A stretch of 64,000 bases of DNA. It comes from Sulfolobales archaeon HS-7 (GTDB lineage Archaea > Thermoproteota > Thermoprotei_A > Sulfolobales > Sulfolobaceae). The notes beneath the pieces are model-generated. The model did not search any database and was not told the origin of the DNA. It saw nothing but the letters and a program-made list of their open reading frames with translations. The DNA lies in assembly GCA_019704295.1 (NCBI GenBank), contig AP024596.1, forward strand, positions 160,001 through 224,000. The letters are read 5' to 3'. Positions 21,798 through 32,556 of the stretch are shown here, piece by piece (position 1 is the first letter of the stretch; every line of letters starts with the position of its first letter). A program made the position numbers and the translations under genes.

Positions 21798-22288
21798 GTC
21801 TTCATACCCTTTTCACCCTCCTTGTGCCATATACGGAACTAACTCGCTTTGAGGACACTTAAAGTTTTATATAGCACCTCCCTGCCTCTTAACTTACTCA
21901 CAGAGTTCATAGTGGTACTCTCTGATAATTTTTTAAAGTAAAAGTTCGTAAATTTTTATATTCTGTATCAGCCTATTTGACAGTGTTAAAGGGATTAGGG
22001 AAGATAACCGATGTGAAATACCGTAAACTTTACAGCTTACTGTAAACTATTAGTAACGGCGAAAATCATCTTTGGTAACAATAAGGCAGGCGGAGTAAAG
22101 GGGTGCCGTTTTACAACGTTTAAATAATTGTACGTAATAACTATTTATAATGTACACTGATTTAGTAAGGAAACTTGAGACGGTTAACGTAGATACTTGG
22201 CATTTTCCATACAAGTGCCGAAGTCATATGAATTTTATGATAAACCCTCATCCCAGGACATGCAGTATTCTCCTCACGTCAAGGTGAA

Positions 22289-22486
22289 TTGAAAATGGCA
22301 GATATCAACTTATACAGGACGTTAATGACATTTGGTTATATTTTTCTATTTCTTGCGGGTTTCGCGTTAATTTTTGATTACAGAAGTCCTGGACTCGATT
22401 TAATTTTAGGCATTGTCTTAGTAATCTCAATATTCTCAATTACCTTCTCAGTAATTCAGATAAGGAGAGAATTAAAATCTTTTTAG
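22289..22486 (+). CDS. small 2-TM membrane protein
   Basis: SD-like AAGGTGA upstream; two hydrophobic helices. Confidence 0.55.
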   Translation: MKMADINLYRTLMTFGYIFLFLAGFALIFDYRSPGLDLILGIVLVISIFSITFSVIQIRRELKSF

Positions 22487-22674
22487 TCTGCCTTAGATAA
22501 AGATAGTATCACTATTTAAGTGCTGAAATGAAAACTTTATCGTAGGGTTTGGTAAAACTTCGTATTCTAACCTAAGGAAATTAGGCATGTAATTTTTCCG
22601 ATTGTAAAACAGCTCTATTTCAGGTATGTTCTACATTGGGAAACCTTTTTTATTTAAGGTGGTAAGGTTATTTT

Positions 22675-23313
22675 ATGAACTACTGGAAACTTTTCCTAAT
22701 ATTCTTCATAACGGAATTAATTATCTTTGCTGGAGTCTCCTCACTCCACATAAGCAATTCATCATTACTATCAAGCTTTTCTCAACAAAGAAATTCGATC
22801 GTAAGCGAACCTTATGTGGATATGTTAATGAGTATATTCCTGCACAACTTGTTAGTAGCTACTATAGAATTCGTCCCTATAATAGGAGTAATATTCTTCA
22901 TTGTATCAATAGCTTCCACGGGGTTGGTTGTGGCTGTTGAGGGGACGGCCGCAAAGATCCCAGGAATAGCAATATTTGCCGAATTAATGACCCTTCCTCA
23001 CTCATGGTTAGAATTGCCAGCATACGCAGTAGCGACTGCTTCTACTGTGTATTTGTTCACTCATTTATCGAACCTGAAAGAAACCTTTTATAAAATATTA
23101 ACGTTTTGGGGGTTCGTAGCTCTTGAACTCTTTATTGCAGCAACTTTTGAGTCGGCCGAAATAGTCGTCGAGTCCTCAAATATACTGTTGTCATATGTTT
23201 TCTGGATACCTGCAATTCCAGTTATTTACTTGCTTTACAAGCTATTAAGAAAGATCGACTCACCAAAGAGGAAACAGGAACTTCCATTACAAAATATATA
23301 TAACCAATGGTGA
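22675..23313 (+). CDS. SpoIIM-family (DUF95) membrane protein
   Basis: IFLHN, PHSWLE, AATFES motifs. Confidence 0.8.
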   Translation: MNYWKLFLIFFITELIIFAGVSSLHISNSSLLSSFSQQRNSIVSEPYVDMLMSIFLHNLLVATIEFVPIIGVIFFIVSIASTGLVVAVEGTAAKIPGIAIFAELMTLPHSWLELPAYAVATASTVYLFTHLSNLKETFYKILTFWGFVALELFIAATFESAEIVVESSNILLSYVFWIPAIPVIYLLYKLLRKIDSPKRKQELPLQNIYNQW

Positions 23314-23758
23314 AAAATTTTTTATAGTCATTCGTGGGAAGCGCTTAAATATTACCCATTAGGAATTATAATTAAATCAATCTTACTAAAGGCTGTAAAA
23401 TTTTTTTAAAAAACAGAACAACTTAGTTGATTGAGATAGCAACCGGTTTTATAAAAATATTCATTATACTTTCCTGAGCATTAGGATAGGGTAATTCATG
23501 TAAAACGCGTCAACTATGGCGAATGTTTTTAAAATTTCATACGAGTTACATAAACTTTATCTAATAATATCAATCTTTGGTGAAGTTATCATTTTAAAGA
23601 ATGCATGCCAGTAACACACTAAATTTCTCGAAGTCCTTACTCATAGGGAAATGATGCTAACACCAATACGTAAAATTAGGGAAAGAGTCGGTGAGAATTG
23701 CTCTGGAGCAAAGATCTTACGTAAAATTTATTCTTTAATCCCTTCTTAATGCCAATAA

Positions 23759-24559
23759 TTAAACTGTGTTCATGATGTATTTTTGCGTTATTAGCGTGAC
23801 TAAAACTTCCGGATTTACACTGTAGACCTTAAGGTGTATTTTCCCCTGATATTCGAAAAGTTTCATTAAAGCCTCACTACCTCTGTACTGGTTCGTACCG
23901 TCAAACAGTATTATTTCCTGCACCAGAGTCTGGGAATTAACTACCTTTGCAACCACCCTTATGCTTTCGCCCTTTCCAACAATTACGCCTAGCTTTAGTG
24001 ATTTTCCAAGTTCCTTAAATAGAGGAATAGCATTAGGTCCTTCTGTATCCAATTCCTGATCCAAGAACTCAGCATCAATCTGGTCGTGTCTTTGAACGAT
24101 CTCACTCATCCTTATGATTCGAGGTCGTAGGTGCTGGGTAACTATATGCTCTGCGCTAACTATCTCCCCCTTTTTAAAAAGGGAGTCTAGAACATCAGAA
24201 GCTATAGGTATTTTATCCGTTCTAATTTTCCCCTCCCTCTGCTCGATTGAGAAAAATATTCCCAATTCTACACCCGCTTCTGAGTTATTAAGGGATAGCG
24301 TTAGAGTTTCAGTTAGCTTATCGGAAGTGAACGAGTAAGTTATTCCATCCATTCCGATTTGAGGTCCTGATATTTTCACTGGAACTAAAGTACTTGCGCT
24401 CTCTGAGGGAATAAATCCCCCTTCTATTATGGATTCATTTACCCTTCTAAACGGTATCAAATGGCCCGTCAAAGGAAGGAGAATGAAGGGCTCCGTAAGT
24501 ATATCATATATCCTTTTTCTGTTTATTTTCAGCTCAAAGCTATCCTTATATGAATCCAT
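23759..24559 (-). CDS. hypothetical protein, N-terminal START/SRPBCC-like (DUF3211-like) domain
   Basis: IYDILTEP N-terminus and HI...HL motif resemble Sulfolobales DUF3211 proteins; TATA upstream. Confidence 0.5.
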   Translation of the reverse strand: MDSYKDSFELKINRKRIYDILTEPFILLPLTGHLIPFRRVNESIIEGGFIPSESASTLVPVKISGPQIGMDGITYSFTSDKLTETLTLSLNNSEAGVELGIFFSIEQREGKIRTDKIPIASDVLDSLFKKGEIVSAEHIVTQHLRPRIIRMSEIVQRHDQIDAEFLDQELDTEGPNAIPLFKELGKSLKLGVIVGKGESIRVVAKVVNSQTLVQEIILFDGTNQYRGSEALMKLFEYQGKIHLKVYSVNPEVLVTLITQKYIMNTV

Positions 24560-24867
24560 ATCAAGATATATTTGTATGTCCTTAAATATAAGTTAACCGT
24601 TTCAGTTAATTAATCTCTTGAGAGTGAAATGTAACCTTTCCTGTTAGTTAATCCAAACCTCCACTAACACCCTTTTATCTTAATGAAGCGGAATAGATCC
24701 CATCAGTGAGATCAGGAGGGGGATCCTTTGTATTGAGGGATAATGAATCGTGACGTAATGTTTCCATCATGCGTTACTTGGATTCAGGGTCAGTGGTTAT
24801 ACCGATGAACTCGAATTATTACCTTGCTCAGTTTAAGTTAGTGGGTGAAGTGTACAATCACATTCAT

Positions 24868-25272
24868 TTAGATAAACGTATTAGGTCGCCCTTTTTTCCA
24901 AGAATCTCTCAGGAATTTGCTAACAGGATCAAGGAGAGATTGTGCTAATGTATAAGCATAAGAATTAGGTGAGAACTTCTCTTCTATAAGATCCATCGTC
25001 ATTTTCCTTACCTCCCGTTCATCAGCGACCCCACTCATATGTATCAATTCATGGGTCAACACGACGTAAAGGTGTTCATATTTGTCCATAGCGCGTTCCA
25101 GGGGTATAGCGTTTACAAATATAGTGTTGGAACCTTCTCTAATAAATCCTAAAATTCTCGGGTCGAAGGGGATCACTGAAACATCCACGTACTCCACGAC
25201 TCTCTGATATTTCCTATCAATATCCCGCCTTACATCATTTAACACTAATAATGGTGAAAGTAGAGTTGGCAT
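24868..25272 (-). CDS. small zincin-like metalloprotease domain protein
   Basis: LGF...IFVN...VLTHELIH (HExxH) followed by E. Confidence 0.65.
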   Translation of the reverse strand: MPTLLSPLLVLNDVRRDIDRKYQRVVEYVDVSVIPFDPRILGFIREGSNTIFVNAIPLERAMDKYEHLYVVLTHELIHMSGVADEREVRKMTMDLIEEKFSPNSYAYTLAQSLLDPVSKFLRDSWKKGRPNTFI

Positions 25273-25323
25273 TATGAAAGGTCACATTCTCCCCTTAAAT
25301 ACTTTTGTTAACTTTATATTTTC

Positions 25324-27297
25324 TCAGAGGATTACCCTTACGTCGATCGCAAAGGCTCCCTTCTCATTGACTATTAAAGGATTTATGTCAAGCTCCTTAA
25401 TGTCGAGATCTACTATCATTCTCGAGATAACGACTATTGTTCTCAGTACCGAACCGACGTCGTAGTTCCTTTTCCTAGCCGTCAATACATCTAACACTTT
25501 ACTTTCCTTCATCATCTCATATGCCTCCTCCTCATAAACTGGAGATAAGCCGTAACTCAGGCTCCTAAGGACTTCAACGTAAATTCCACCCAATCCGGTA
25601 ACGACTGCGTGACCAAATGCCTGATCCTTTATTCCGCCCACGAAAAGTTCTACACCGCTCAACTGTTGCTGCACGATCACCCTTTGGGAAATCGCGCTTA
25701 ACCTCTTATAAACGTTTGATACGTCCTCCTTTTCAACATTTAGGGCCACACCTCCAAGTTCGGTTTTGTGTACAGGGGAATCCATTGATATCTTCATAAC
25801 AATTGGATACCCAATGTTATCAGCGACTTTCTTTGCCTCCTCCTCAGATGTTGCCATACCCCATCTTGGGGTTTTAATACCGTATATTTCCATCAGTTTA
25901 AGTGCTTCAAAATCCCTTAGTTCACTCTTTCCTGAAATCAGCTTTTTTGCCTCCTCTATGGGCTGGGAAAACCTCATCTTGACTGAGGGATTTCTCCTCG
26001 TACTGTAAAACCTTACAGCTCGGATAGCGTCCTCGGGAAACCGAAAGACGGGTATTTTAGCTGTGTCCAGCGTTTTTATTGCCGCGTCTTCATCCATTCC
26101 CATAACTACTCCGATAACTCCTTTTCCCTTAAAGTTAAGGAGTGTCCTGGCTACGTCGTTACAGCTCACCATTGGGAGGGATTGCACAATGACAACTTTA
26201 GTGCAATTGAGGTCTTGGAGTGCGGAGATCGCTTTATCATATCTTTCCTTATTTGCATCTCCCGATAGGTCAAGAGGATTTCTGGGAGTACTCTGATCTG
26301 GAAGTATTCCCCTTAGTTGACTCTTTACGGTATCTGGTATTTCAACTTCATTCAACTCCTCTCTCTCAATTTCATCCGTAGTAAGGACACCGTGACCTCC
26401 CGAGTTAGTTATTACCAAGATATCGGAAGACACGGGTTCCTCCCCTGAAAGAAGTTTAGCTACATTTAGCATATCCTCAAGGGTCTCCACGAAGATCCCC
26501 CCAACGGTTCTTACCGCCGCCTTGAATATCTCTATAGATCCCGCTACACTTCCCGTATGAGTTTTTACTGCTTCAGCTCCTCTTTTCCCTATTCCCCCTT
26601 TCAGGAATACTATGGGTTTCTTCCTCGTTACGTTGGGTACGTTAGTTAGGAAAGAACTCCCATCCTTAACGCCTTCAAGGTATGAGAATATAGCTTTCGT
26701 CTCTATATCATTTGCAAGGTACTCAAATACGTCGGTTTCGGAAATATCGGACTGATTGCCTAAGCTAACGAAATAGCTAACTCCGAGTCTTGCCCTTTGT
26801 GCCCAATTTAACATGTAAACCCCCACTCCTCCGCTTTGGGCCACTAGAGCCATGTTTCCCCTAACTACGTCAGTATAAGCGAAAGTTGCATTATATGTAG
26901 GAGTGATCATACCCAAAGTGTTAGGACCAAGAAATCTTATACCCCCTTTTTTTGCCACATGGACGATCTCCTCTTCCAGTTTTGCTCCTTTTTCGTCTGT
27001 TTCCTTAAATCCAGAAGTTATTATGATGAGGGATTTCGTCCCGCCCTTAACTGCATCCTCAACAGTCTGAGGAACGAAATCCCTTGGAATGGCGATTACG
27101 GCTAAATCTACGCCTACATCAGCTAAGCTTTTAAGGGAGGGTAAACCCTCGACCTTATCTACTTTATTGTTAATAGGATATATTTTTCCGTTAAAAGTTG
27201 AGATCAGGTTTCGAAGAATAATATTCCCAACTTTCTCCCTGTCCCTTGACGCTCCCACTACCGCTACGGACTGCGGTTTAAATAGAGGTTCGAGCAT
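25324..27297 (-). CDS. ADP-forming acyl-CoA synthetase (fused alpha/beta)
   Basis: VAVVGAS, GPNTLG, QSGG, THTGS, NPLDLSGD, HKTELGGV, ELDINP. Confidence 0.92.
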   Translation of the reverse strand: MLEPLFKPQSVAVVGASRDREKVGNIILRNLISTFNGKIYPINNKVDKVEGLPSLKSLADVGVDLAVIAIPRDFVPQTVEDAVKGGTKSLIIITSGFKETDEKGAKLEEEIVHVAKKGGIRFLGPNTLGMITPTYNATFAYTDVVRGNMALVAQSGGVGVYMLNWAQRARLGVSYFVSLGNQSDISETDVFEYLANDIETKAIFSYLEGVKDGSSFLTNVPNVTRKKPIVFLKGGIGKRGAEAVKTHTGSVAGSIEIFKAAVRTVGGIFVETLEDMLNVAKLLSGEEPVSSDILVITNSGGHGVLTTDEIEREELNEVEIPDTVKSQLRGILPDQSTPRNPLDLSGDANKERYDKAISALQDLNCTKVVIVQSLPMVSCNDVARTLLNFKGKGVIGVVMGMDEDAAIKTLDTAKIPVFRFPEDAIRAVRFYSTRRNPSVKMRFSQPIEEAKKLISGKSELRDFEALKLMEIYGIKTPRWGMATSEEEAKKVADNIGYPIVMKISMDSPVHKTELGGVALNVEKEDVSNVYKRLSAISQRVIVQQQLSGVELFVGGIKDQAFGHAVVTGLGGIYVEVLRSLSYGLSPVYEEEAYEMMKESKVLDVLTARKRNYDVGSVLRTIVVISRMIVDLDIKELDINPLIVNEKGAFAIDVRVIL

Positions 27298-27364
27298 AGG
27301 AATACGATAGCTTCATTTAATTAAAAATTCTGTCTTATCAAAAATGTTCTATACCTACATTTGA

Positions 27365-27526
27365 GGACGATTCAGGTTTCCATTACGAATTGTAATTATT
27401 GTAAATGGTATTAAATAAAGGAAATTATTAAGTGCGAATACCTACTTAGTCCATACGATAGAATTCAATTAAATTTAGTCGATTTTTCTAAACAAACTTA
27501 ATTCGCAATTAACGCGTAAATGGCCC
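27365..27526 (+). mobile_element. MITE-family copy, subtype A
   Basis: GGACGATTCAGGTTTCCATTACGAATTGTAAT...AAACTTAATTCGC...GTAAATGGCCC; 162 bp. Confidence 0.8.
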
Positions 27527-27813
27527 GCCTTGTCTGATTCAATTTGAGATCGACAATGATATATATTGTTTATAATCCAATAAATTTAGCATTAATAAAG
27601 GTTAATTAAAGATAATAATTATGATATTTTATTGCATAATAAAAGTTTTTGATTAATTCCGCTACACTACCAGAACATCGTTTAACTAACCTCAATAGCT
27701 CTAATCACGTTAGCCGGTATTGTGAGAACTACGGCATAGACTTGAAGGGGGTCGTTCAGTTCTAAAAACTGAACCTCCATGATCATTTAAAAACTTTCTT
27801 CAAATTATTATAT

Positions 27814-28665
27814 ATGAGGTTATTATATTACCTAATAAGAAAATTGTTAACTAATCCATATGTCCTGGGCTGGTCTATTGCTTTTACCCTATTCTGGGTT
27901 TTTATGGGAGCATATGTTTTCTCTACTGATATAGCCTACTTAAACCCATCAGTACCACTACAGTACTATCATGAAACAGTATACTACTATACTGCAGGAT
28001 GGACCGGTTCCATAGTTCTTTTCTCCCTTGGTAGTTTTTGCACGACCTTAACTTCCATACTTTACTATCAAACTGGCGCACTGAGCCATCTGTTTAGATA
28101 TTCGAAACTGACTCCTGTTTATTACCTTAGCTCAATATATGCAGGCTCGGTTATCAGTTCAGTTGTAATAGGAGGTTTATTAACAGCTATAACATATATG
28201 ATATTTTCAAACAAATTCGGTTTTAACGTCTATCCTAAAGCTCTGATGACACTGTTACTTTATATCGTGTTGTCATCAGTCTTTCTTGTGTCCTTCTCTA
28301 TGCTTTTGGACATAATAGTATTGAGAACTAGCAGGAAGATGGCTGGTCTAATAAATTTTATCCCTTTAATACTAGCATATGTCTTTGGATACGGTTACCT
28401 TTTTATAAATTTTGATAATACAGTGTATTTCAACCCATACACGGTCATAGAAACACTCGTTATCAGCTCATATCTAGGGAAGCCCGTGCCAATAAATTAC
28501 TTCGCATATTACACAGCAACTAACGTTTCAACCTCTTCAGGGCTAATCTCTCTGCCCCTATCTATACTTTCGCTAGTAGTGTGGACTGTAGTACTCACAT
28601 ACATTAGTATAGTGGAACTCAGGAAGCTATACTACAAACCCTCACAGGAGGGAAGATTTTTATGA
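27814..28665 (+). CDS. ABC-2-like permease
   Basis: Six TM; ATGA overlap with the ABC ATPase. Confidence 0.75.
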   Translation: MRLLYYLIRKLLTNPYVLGWSIAFTLFWVFMGAYVFSTDIAYLNPSVPLQYYHETVYYYTAGWTGSIVLFSLGSFCTTLTSILYYQTGALSHLFRYSKLTPVYYLSSIYAGSVISSVVIGGLLTAITYMIFSNKFGFNVYPKALMTLLLYIVLSSVFLVSFSMLLDIIVLRTSRKMAGLINFIPLILAYVFGYGYLFINFDNTVYFNPYTVIETLVISSYLGKPVPINYFAYYTATNVSTSSGLISLPLSILSLVVWTVVLTYISIVELRKLYYKPSQEGRFL

Positions 28666-29432
28666 TAGAGCTTGACAACTTATCTGTATTTTACGGAAAA
28701 TATCAGATAATTAAGCGAGTAAACGCAAAGATAGATGAGAAAGTCCTTCTATTAGGACCTAATGGCTCTGGAAAATCAACCCTATTAAGGGCAATAGCTG
28801 CAATAATAAATTACAATGGTCATATATTTATTGATGGTCAAGAGGTGTCAAAGTTGAGGAACTACAATAAGCTTTCGACAAACTTGCCTCAGCCGTACTA
28901 TCTAACAGATAGTGTTAAGGACACTATATATTTATACGAGGAAATAAAGGGAGTGGACCCAAAACTGGTCATTCAAATGTTAGGAAGATTGGGACTGAAC
29001 AGCGTAATAAACAAGAAGTGGTACCACCTTTCAACAGGTCAAGCAATAATAACAAGTGATATTATGGCCTTAGCGTCAAATCCTAAGATCATTTTACTTG
29101 ACGAGCCTTTTGAGAACGTCGATATAGGAAAGAGGAGAATTCTTGCAGAGTGGATAAAAGAGTATGGTAATGAGGGAATAATAGTTACACATGAGGTCGA
29201 AATAATTAAGCTTCTCAAGGACTACAAAACTTACATGATATTTGAGGGTAAACTCTTTGGTCCCGTAACTGCAAGGGATATACTTGAGTCTTCAATAGTT
29301 GAGGGAGAAAAGCCTTCAGCAATACTTAAGATAGAAGTTAGCGGGAGGACCTTTTCATTCATCAAGGAGGATAAGGGATATAAGGTTGAAACCCTGGTTA
29401 CTCTTGACGGGATTTATAACATAAGTGCGTGA
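28662..29432 (+). CDS. ABC ATP-binding protein
   Basis: GPNGSGKS, LSTGQ, LLDEPF. Confidence 0.9.
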   Translation: MIELDNLSVFYGKYQIIKRVNAKIDEKVLLLGPNGSGKSTLLRAIAAIINYNGHIFIDGQEVSKLRNYNKLSTNLPQPYYLTDSVKDTIYLYEEIKGVDPKLVIQMLGRLGLNSVINKKWYHLSTGQAIITSDIMALASNPKIILLDEPFENVDIGKRRILAEWIKEYGNEGIIVTHEVEIIKLLKDYKTYMIFEGKLFGPVTARDILESSIVEGEKPSAILKIEVSGRTFSFIKEDKGYKVETLVTLDGIYNISA

Positions 29433-29681
29433 ATGGAAAAGGGAAAAAAATCACTGTTGAGTTCAATGAAGCTTGCAATGACTTCGGTAGTGAGAGAGTT
29501 CAGAAAGGAGAAAACCGATCTTAACAATAGTCTTGCTTCCCCAAAAAATCTCGAATTTTAAGATATTATTAGTTTAACTTTTGCGTAGACACATAGAATT
29601 ACCTAACGTAAATATACAATAATATGATATATTTAGTCAAGATCTAATATATTTTACAAGTTAATGCTTACGAACACAAGA

Positions 29682-30944
29682 AGGTGTCGAATTTGTAATA
29701 AATCCATTTTCCTTTATTAAGGAATTTTTATAAGAAAAATAAGTACAAAGACTCCAATTAGAGGGATAACATTTAAGGGAAGTTACACCCAGGTCATACC
29801 GAGATTATCATTATTAACCAAGAAGTAATTCCCAAAGAATACTCAGGGTGGAAGAGTAAATGCATTTCGGATTGCGAGGAAATCCTGAGAGATTTGAGGG
29901 ATATATTCAACAGGGAATTCGAGGGTTCCAGGTTCCCAAAGTAAAAGACCCTTCGTGTATTTAAAGATGCTGATCGTCATAGTGTTTTTTAGAGAGTTAT
30001 ATAGGGGTGTTATTGAACTTGAGGTTACTACCGAGCTGGTCAAGCGTTTCCTTTACATTGAAGAAATACCCTCGAGATCCTCGCTGCACTAGTTCGCATT
30101 TGGGTTTAAGGACAGAATAAGAGCTCCACAAGGTCTTTAAGAGATTGGAGTCGCATGTTAATGGGAAACAGGTTCCAACACATCATAGCTAAGGAGAAGC
30201 TCGGAAGAAAAAGGTTGATCGATACCTTTCCTGCGAAGCTCTTTGATGGAGAGCGTTGAAACACTCATTGAGAAGCTCATATTTGATTTCAAGGAAATTG
30301 AATCGAAAGAGGAAATCTCGTGAAGTGTTTGCGTTGCTTGATGAGAGGACAAGGGATGAACTCTTCTCCCGAGGAATTACGCCCTCAGAGAACATGAGGG
30401 AAGCTGGGCAAGAAGTAGGGCAAAACCTGGTTCGAGAGAAGTGCTTCGCCGATATCTCTTTGAGACCTCATGGTTTGCAAGGTTAAGATAGTTCCAACTA
30501 ACGTGTTAATTTAACGTCAACCTTCCACAACGTGTTCTCAGCAGCGGAGGCTTTGCGGACAGAGGTAAGGTAATTAGGGGCGAGATGGGTTTGGGAATAC
30601 TGAGCGGAGCCCTTCTTCCCAATCTTGCTCGAGCACCAAATGCAGCCTTACGTAGGACCGTGAAGGAATTGAACGCCTTTGCCAACCTCCTGGGCTTAGC
30701 TTACAATATTTAATGGTTTAGGTCCATTACTAAACGCTAAACTTTCCACTGGCACAACCTCGCTCGAAAAAGCTCGTTCGTAGGCTTGATTGTCGAAAAA
30801 TACTAGATTACTCGCTATTATACTTAATAAACTGATTTTATATTATTTCTCCATTAGTAATTAAGCGTATTTAATTCTAGAGAGACGTGTTTTATAACTT
30901 TTTACTTTATCTAGTTATTCACGTTAATTACGCATTGGACACTG
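29682..30944 (+). mobile_element. degenerate ISH3-like element ends enclosing a nested IS
   Basis: Left AGGTGTCGAATTTGTAATAAAT resembles CAGTGTCCAATGTGCAATAAAT at 42781. Right end ...CATTGGACACTG; 30857-30950 is similar to 43059-43152. Confidence 0.5.
29790..30761 (+). pseudogene. decayed DDE transposase (IS5/IS982-like) with degenerate TIRs
   Basis: Fragments EIPSRSSLH*, LIDTFP and C-terminal RTVKELNAFANLLGLAYNI* (stop 30711-30713); ends AGGTCATACC / GGCACAACCT. Confidence 0.55.
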
Positions 30945-31123
30945 TTACGTAAATGTAAATTTCTGTTAACGTAATTTTTCGAGATTTCCTACAAATCGCT
31001 GGACAGAGAATCACTAACGGTGTTATGATTCTCATATACTATTAACGCCATTGAGGTTAAAGTAGAGAAGGTCAAAAAGATTCCTAAGGAAAGCTTATTT
31101 CTTGACGTGAGAGGAAAATACTT

Positions 31124-32449
31124 ATGAATATTTTGCTAGTGGGAATCTACGACTCGGAATTAACAATGAGAAGCTTTTACCCTATAGATCTTAACGGGGA
31201 ACAATCTGCCTCTCCGGAGGAGGCTAAAATTTCCCTGTTAGCTGAGTCGAACTTTTTAAAATCTCAAGGACATAACGTTAAAGTCGTCGTAATTACAGCA
31301 CTCGATCAGATTAGACTCTTGCCTGAAATACCAGATATCAAGTTGTGGAGAAACGTGATAAAGGGTAAGGTAAAGGAGGCGCTTGGGGTGGAGCCAGAGG
31401 TAATTCCTTCAGTAGGAGAGTTCGTCTGGAAGGACATGCGTATTTCATTCTCTGGAACCATAGGTAACTACATGTTCGCGCTATACTACATCATATGGAA
31501 CGTCATGAATGAGTTTAGTCCAGACGTGGTATTCCTCGACACCACTAACGGCTTCACAATTCACACAGCAGCAGCCTCTAGGGCAGTTAGGTTGTGTACA
31601 GAGGACTATAACGTAATTCAGGATAGAGGAGAAACCTACTTTATTCACGCGAACGCCGGGGAGGGCAATGAAAAAGCTCCATCTAGAATTCACGTTATAG
31701 TAAAGAGGGCGATTAAGGACGTTAAAATACCTCAATATCTTAACGATGATATCAAGATAGGAAAGGAAATTGTTGGAAATGAGGAGAAGATCATTCCAGC
31801 TAAGGGAAAATCCGATATTTTAGGAATATCGTGGTCCATTGAAAACGGCTACCCACTTCCGATTGCCTACATAGCTAAAGAGGCAAACCTGGAGGAATAC
31901 ACAAATCCCAGTGTGCTTTTCGGAAAACTGAATTCGGAGTTCGTATCGGAGAAAAAAGATAACGTCTTAACAGTTTCACCTTCCCTTCATTTAAACGAAA
32001 ATGCAATACTTTACCTCTTTGGATATCATTTAATAGATAAGCTGAGGAGGGAAATCTCGGATTCGCCATTTCCAATAAATAACGTTATTAAACTGAGCAA
32101 GCTTATGGATAAAGCGAATAGGGATATTGTTGAAAGGGAGATAGCTAACATTGAAAATCTAGCTCAAATAGCTCTGAAAAATGAGATTAGGGGTGAGGAG
32201 TTCTCCCTTAATTACCTTTGGGCTATAGGTAACATGAGGGTCATCGATTACATTAGGAAAAAAGAACCCGAAAAAGAGGACGAGGAATGCGTGTTCGATG
32301 AGAGGAACTTCTCAGCACACGCGGGAATAGTTAAGGAGCTAACAAAGGTCACCCTAAAGGACGGAAAAATCATGCTCAGTTACAGGGGAAATTGTAAGGA
32401 CGTCGTTATTAATGAAATAAAGAGACTTGGAAGAGGGGAGAACGACTAA
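31124..32449 (+). CDS. csx1: Csx1-like CARF + HEPN ribonuclease, orphan
   Basis: IPSVGEF, FLDTTNG (DxTHG variant), NGYPL; C-terminal HEPN RNFSAH(AG); 441 aa. Confidence 0.8.
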   Translation: MNILLVGIYDSELTMRSFYPIDLNGEQSASPEEAKISLLAESNFLKSQGHNVKVVVITALDQIRLLPEIPDIKLWRNVIKGKVKEALGVEPEVIPSVGEFVWKDMRISFSGTIGNYMFALYYIIWNVMNEFSPDVVFLDTTNGFTIHTAAASRAVRLCTEDYNVIQDRGETYFIHANAGEGNEKAPSRIHVIVKRAIKDVKIPQYLNDDIKIGKEIVGNEEKIIPAKGKSDILGISWSIENGYPLPIAYIAKEANLEEYTNPSVLFGKLNSEFVSEKKDNVLTVSPSLHLNENAILYLFGYHLIDKLRREISDSPFPINNVIKLSKLMDKANRDIVEREIANIENLAQIALKNEIRGEEFSLNYLWAIGNMRVIDYIRKKEPEKEDEECVFDERNFSAHAGIVKELTKVTLKDGKIMLSYRGNCKDVVINEIKRLGRGEND

Positions 32450-32556
32450 GGGCGACTTCTAAAAAAAGAAATACAGTCGGATTTAGAGCTGAAGTTCGAG
32501 TAGCCTACAACATGTTTTAGGGAATTTATATATAAAAGCACGTTAATTTAGTATCT

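Noticed and set aside
22029-22046. Palindrome TTTACAG-CTTA-CTGTAAA
   Set aside because: Single occurrence in AT-rich DNA, far from a start codon.
24690-24860. Possible TPP riboswitch or C/D sRNA (CTGAG...CCCTGAAT...; ATGATGG...CTGA on the minus strand)
   Set aside because: Only scattered motif resemblance; no convincing stems or box spacing, and the downstream gene is not thiamine-related.
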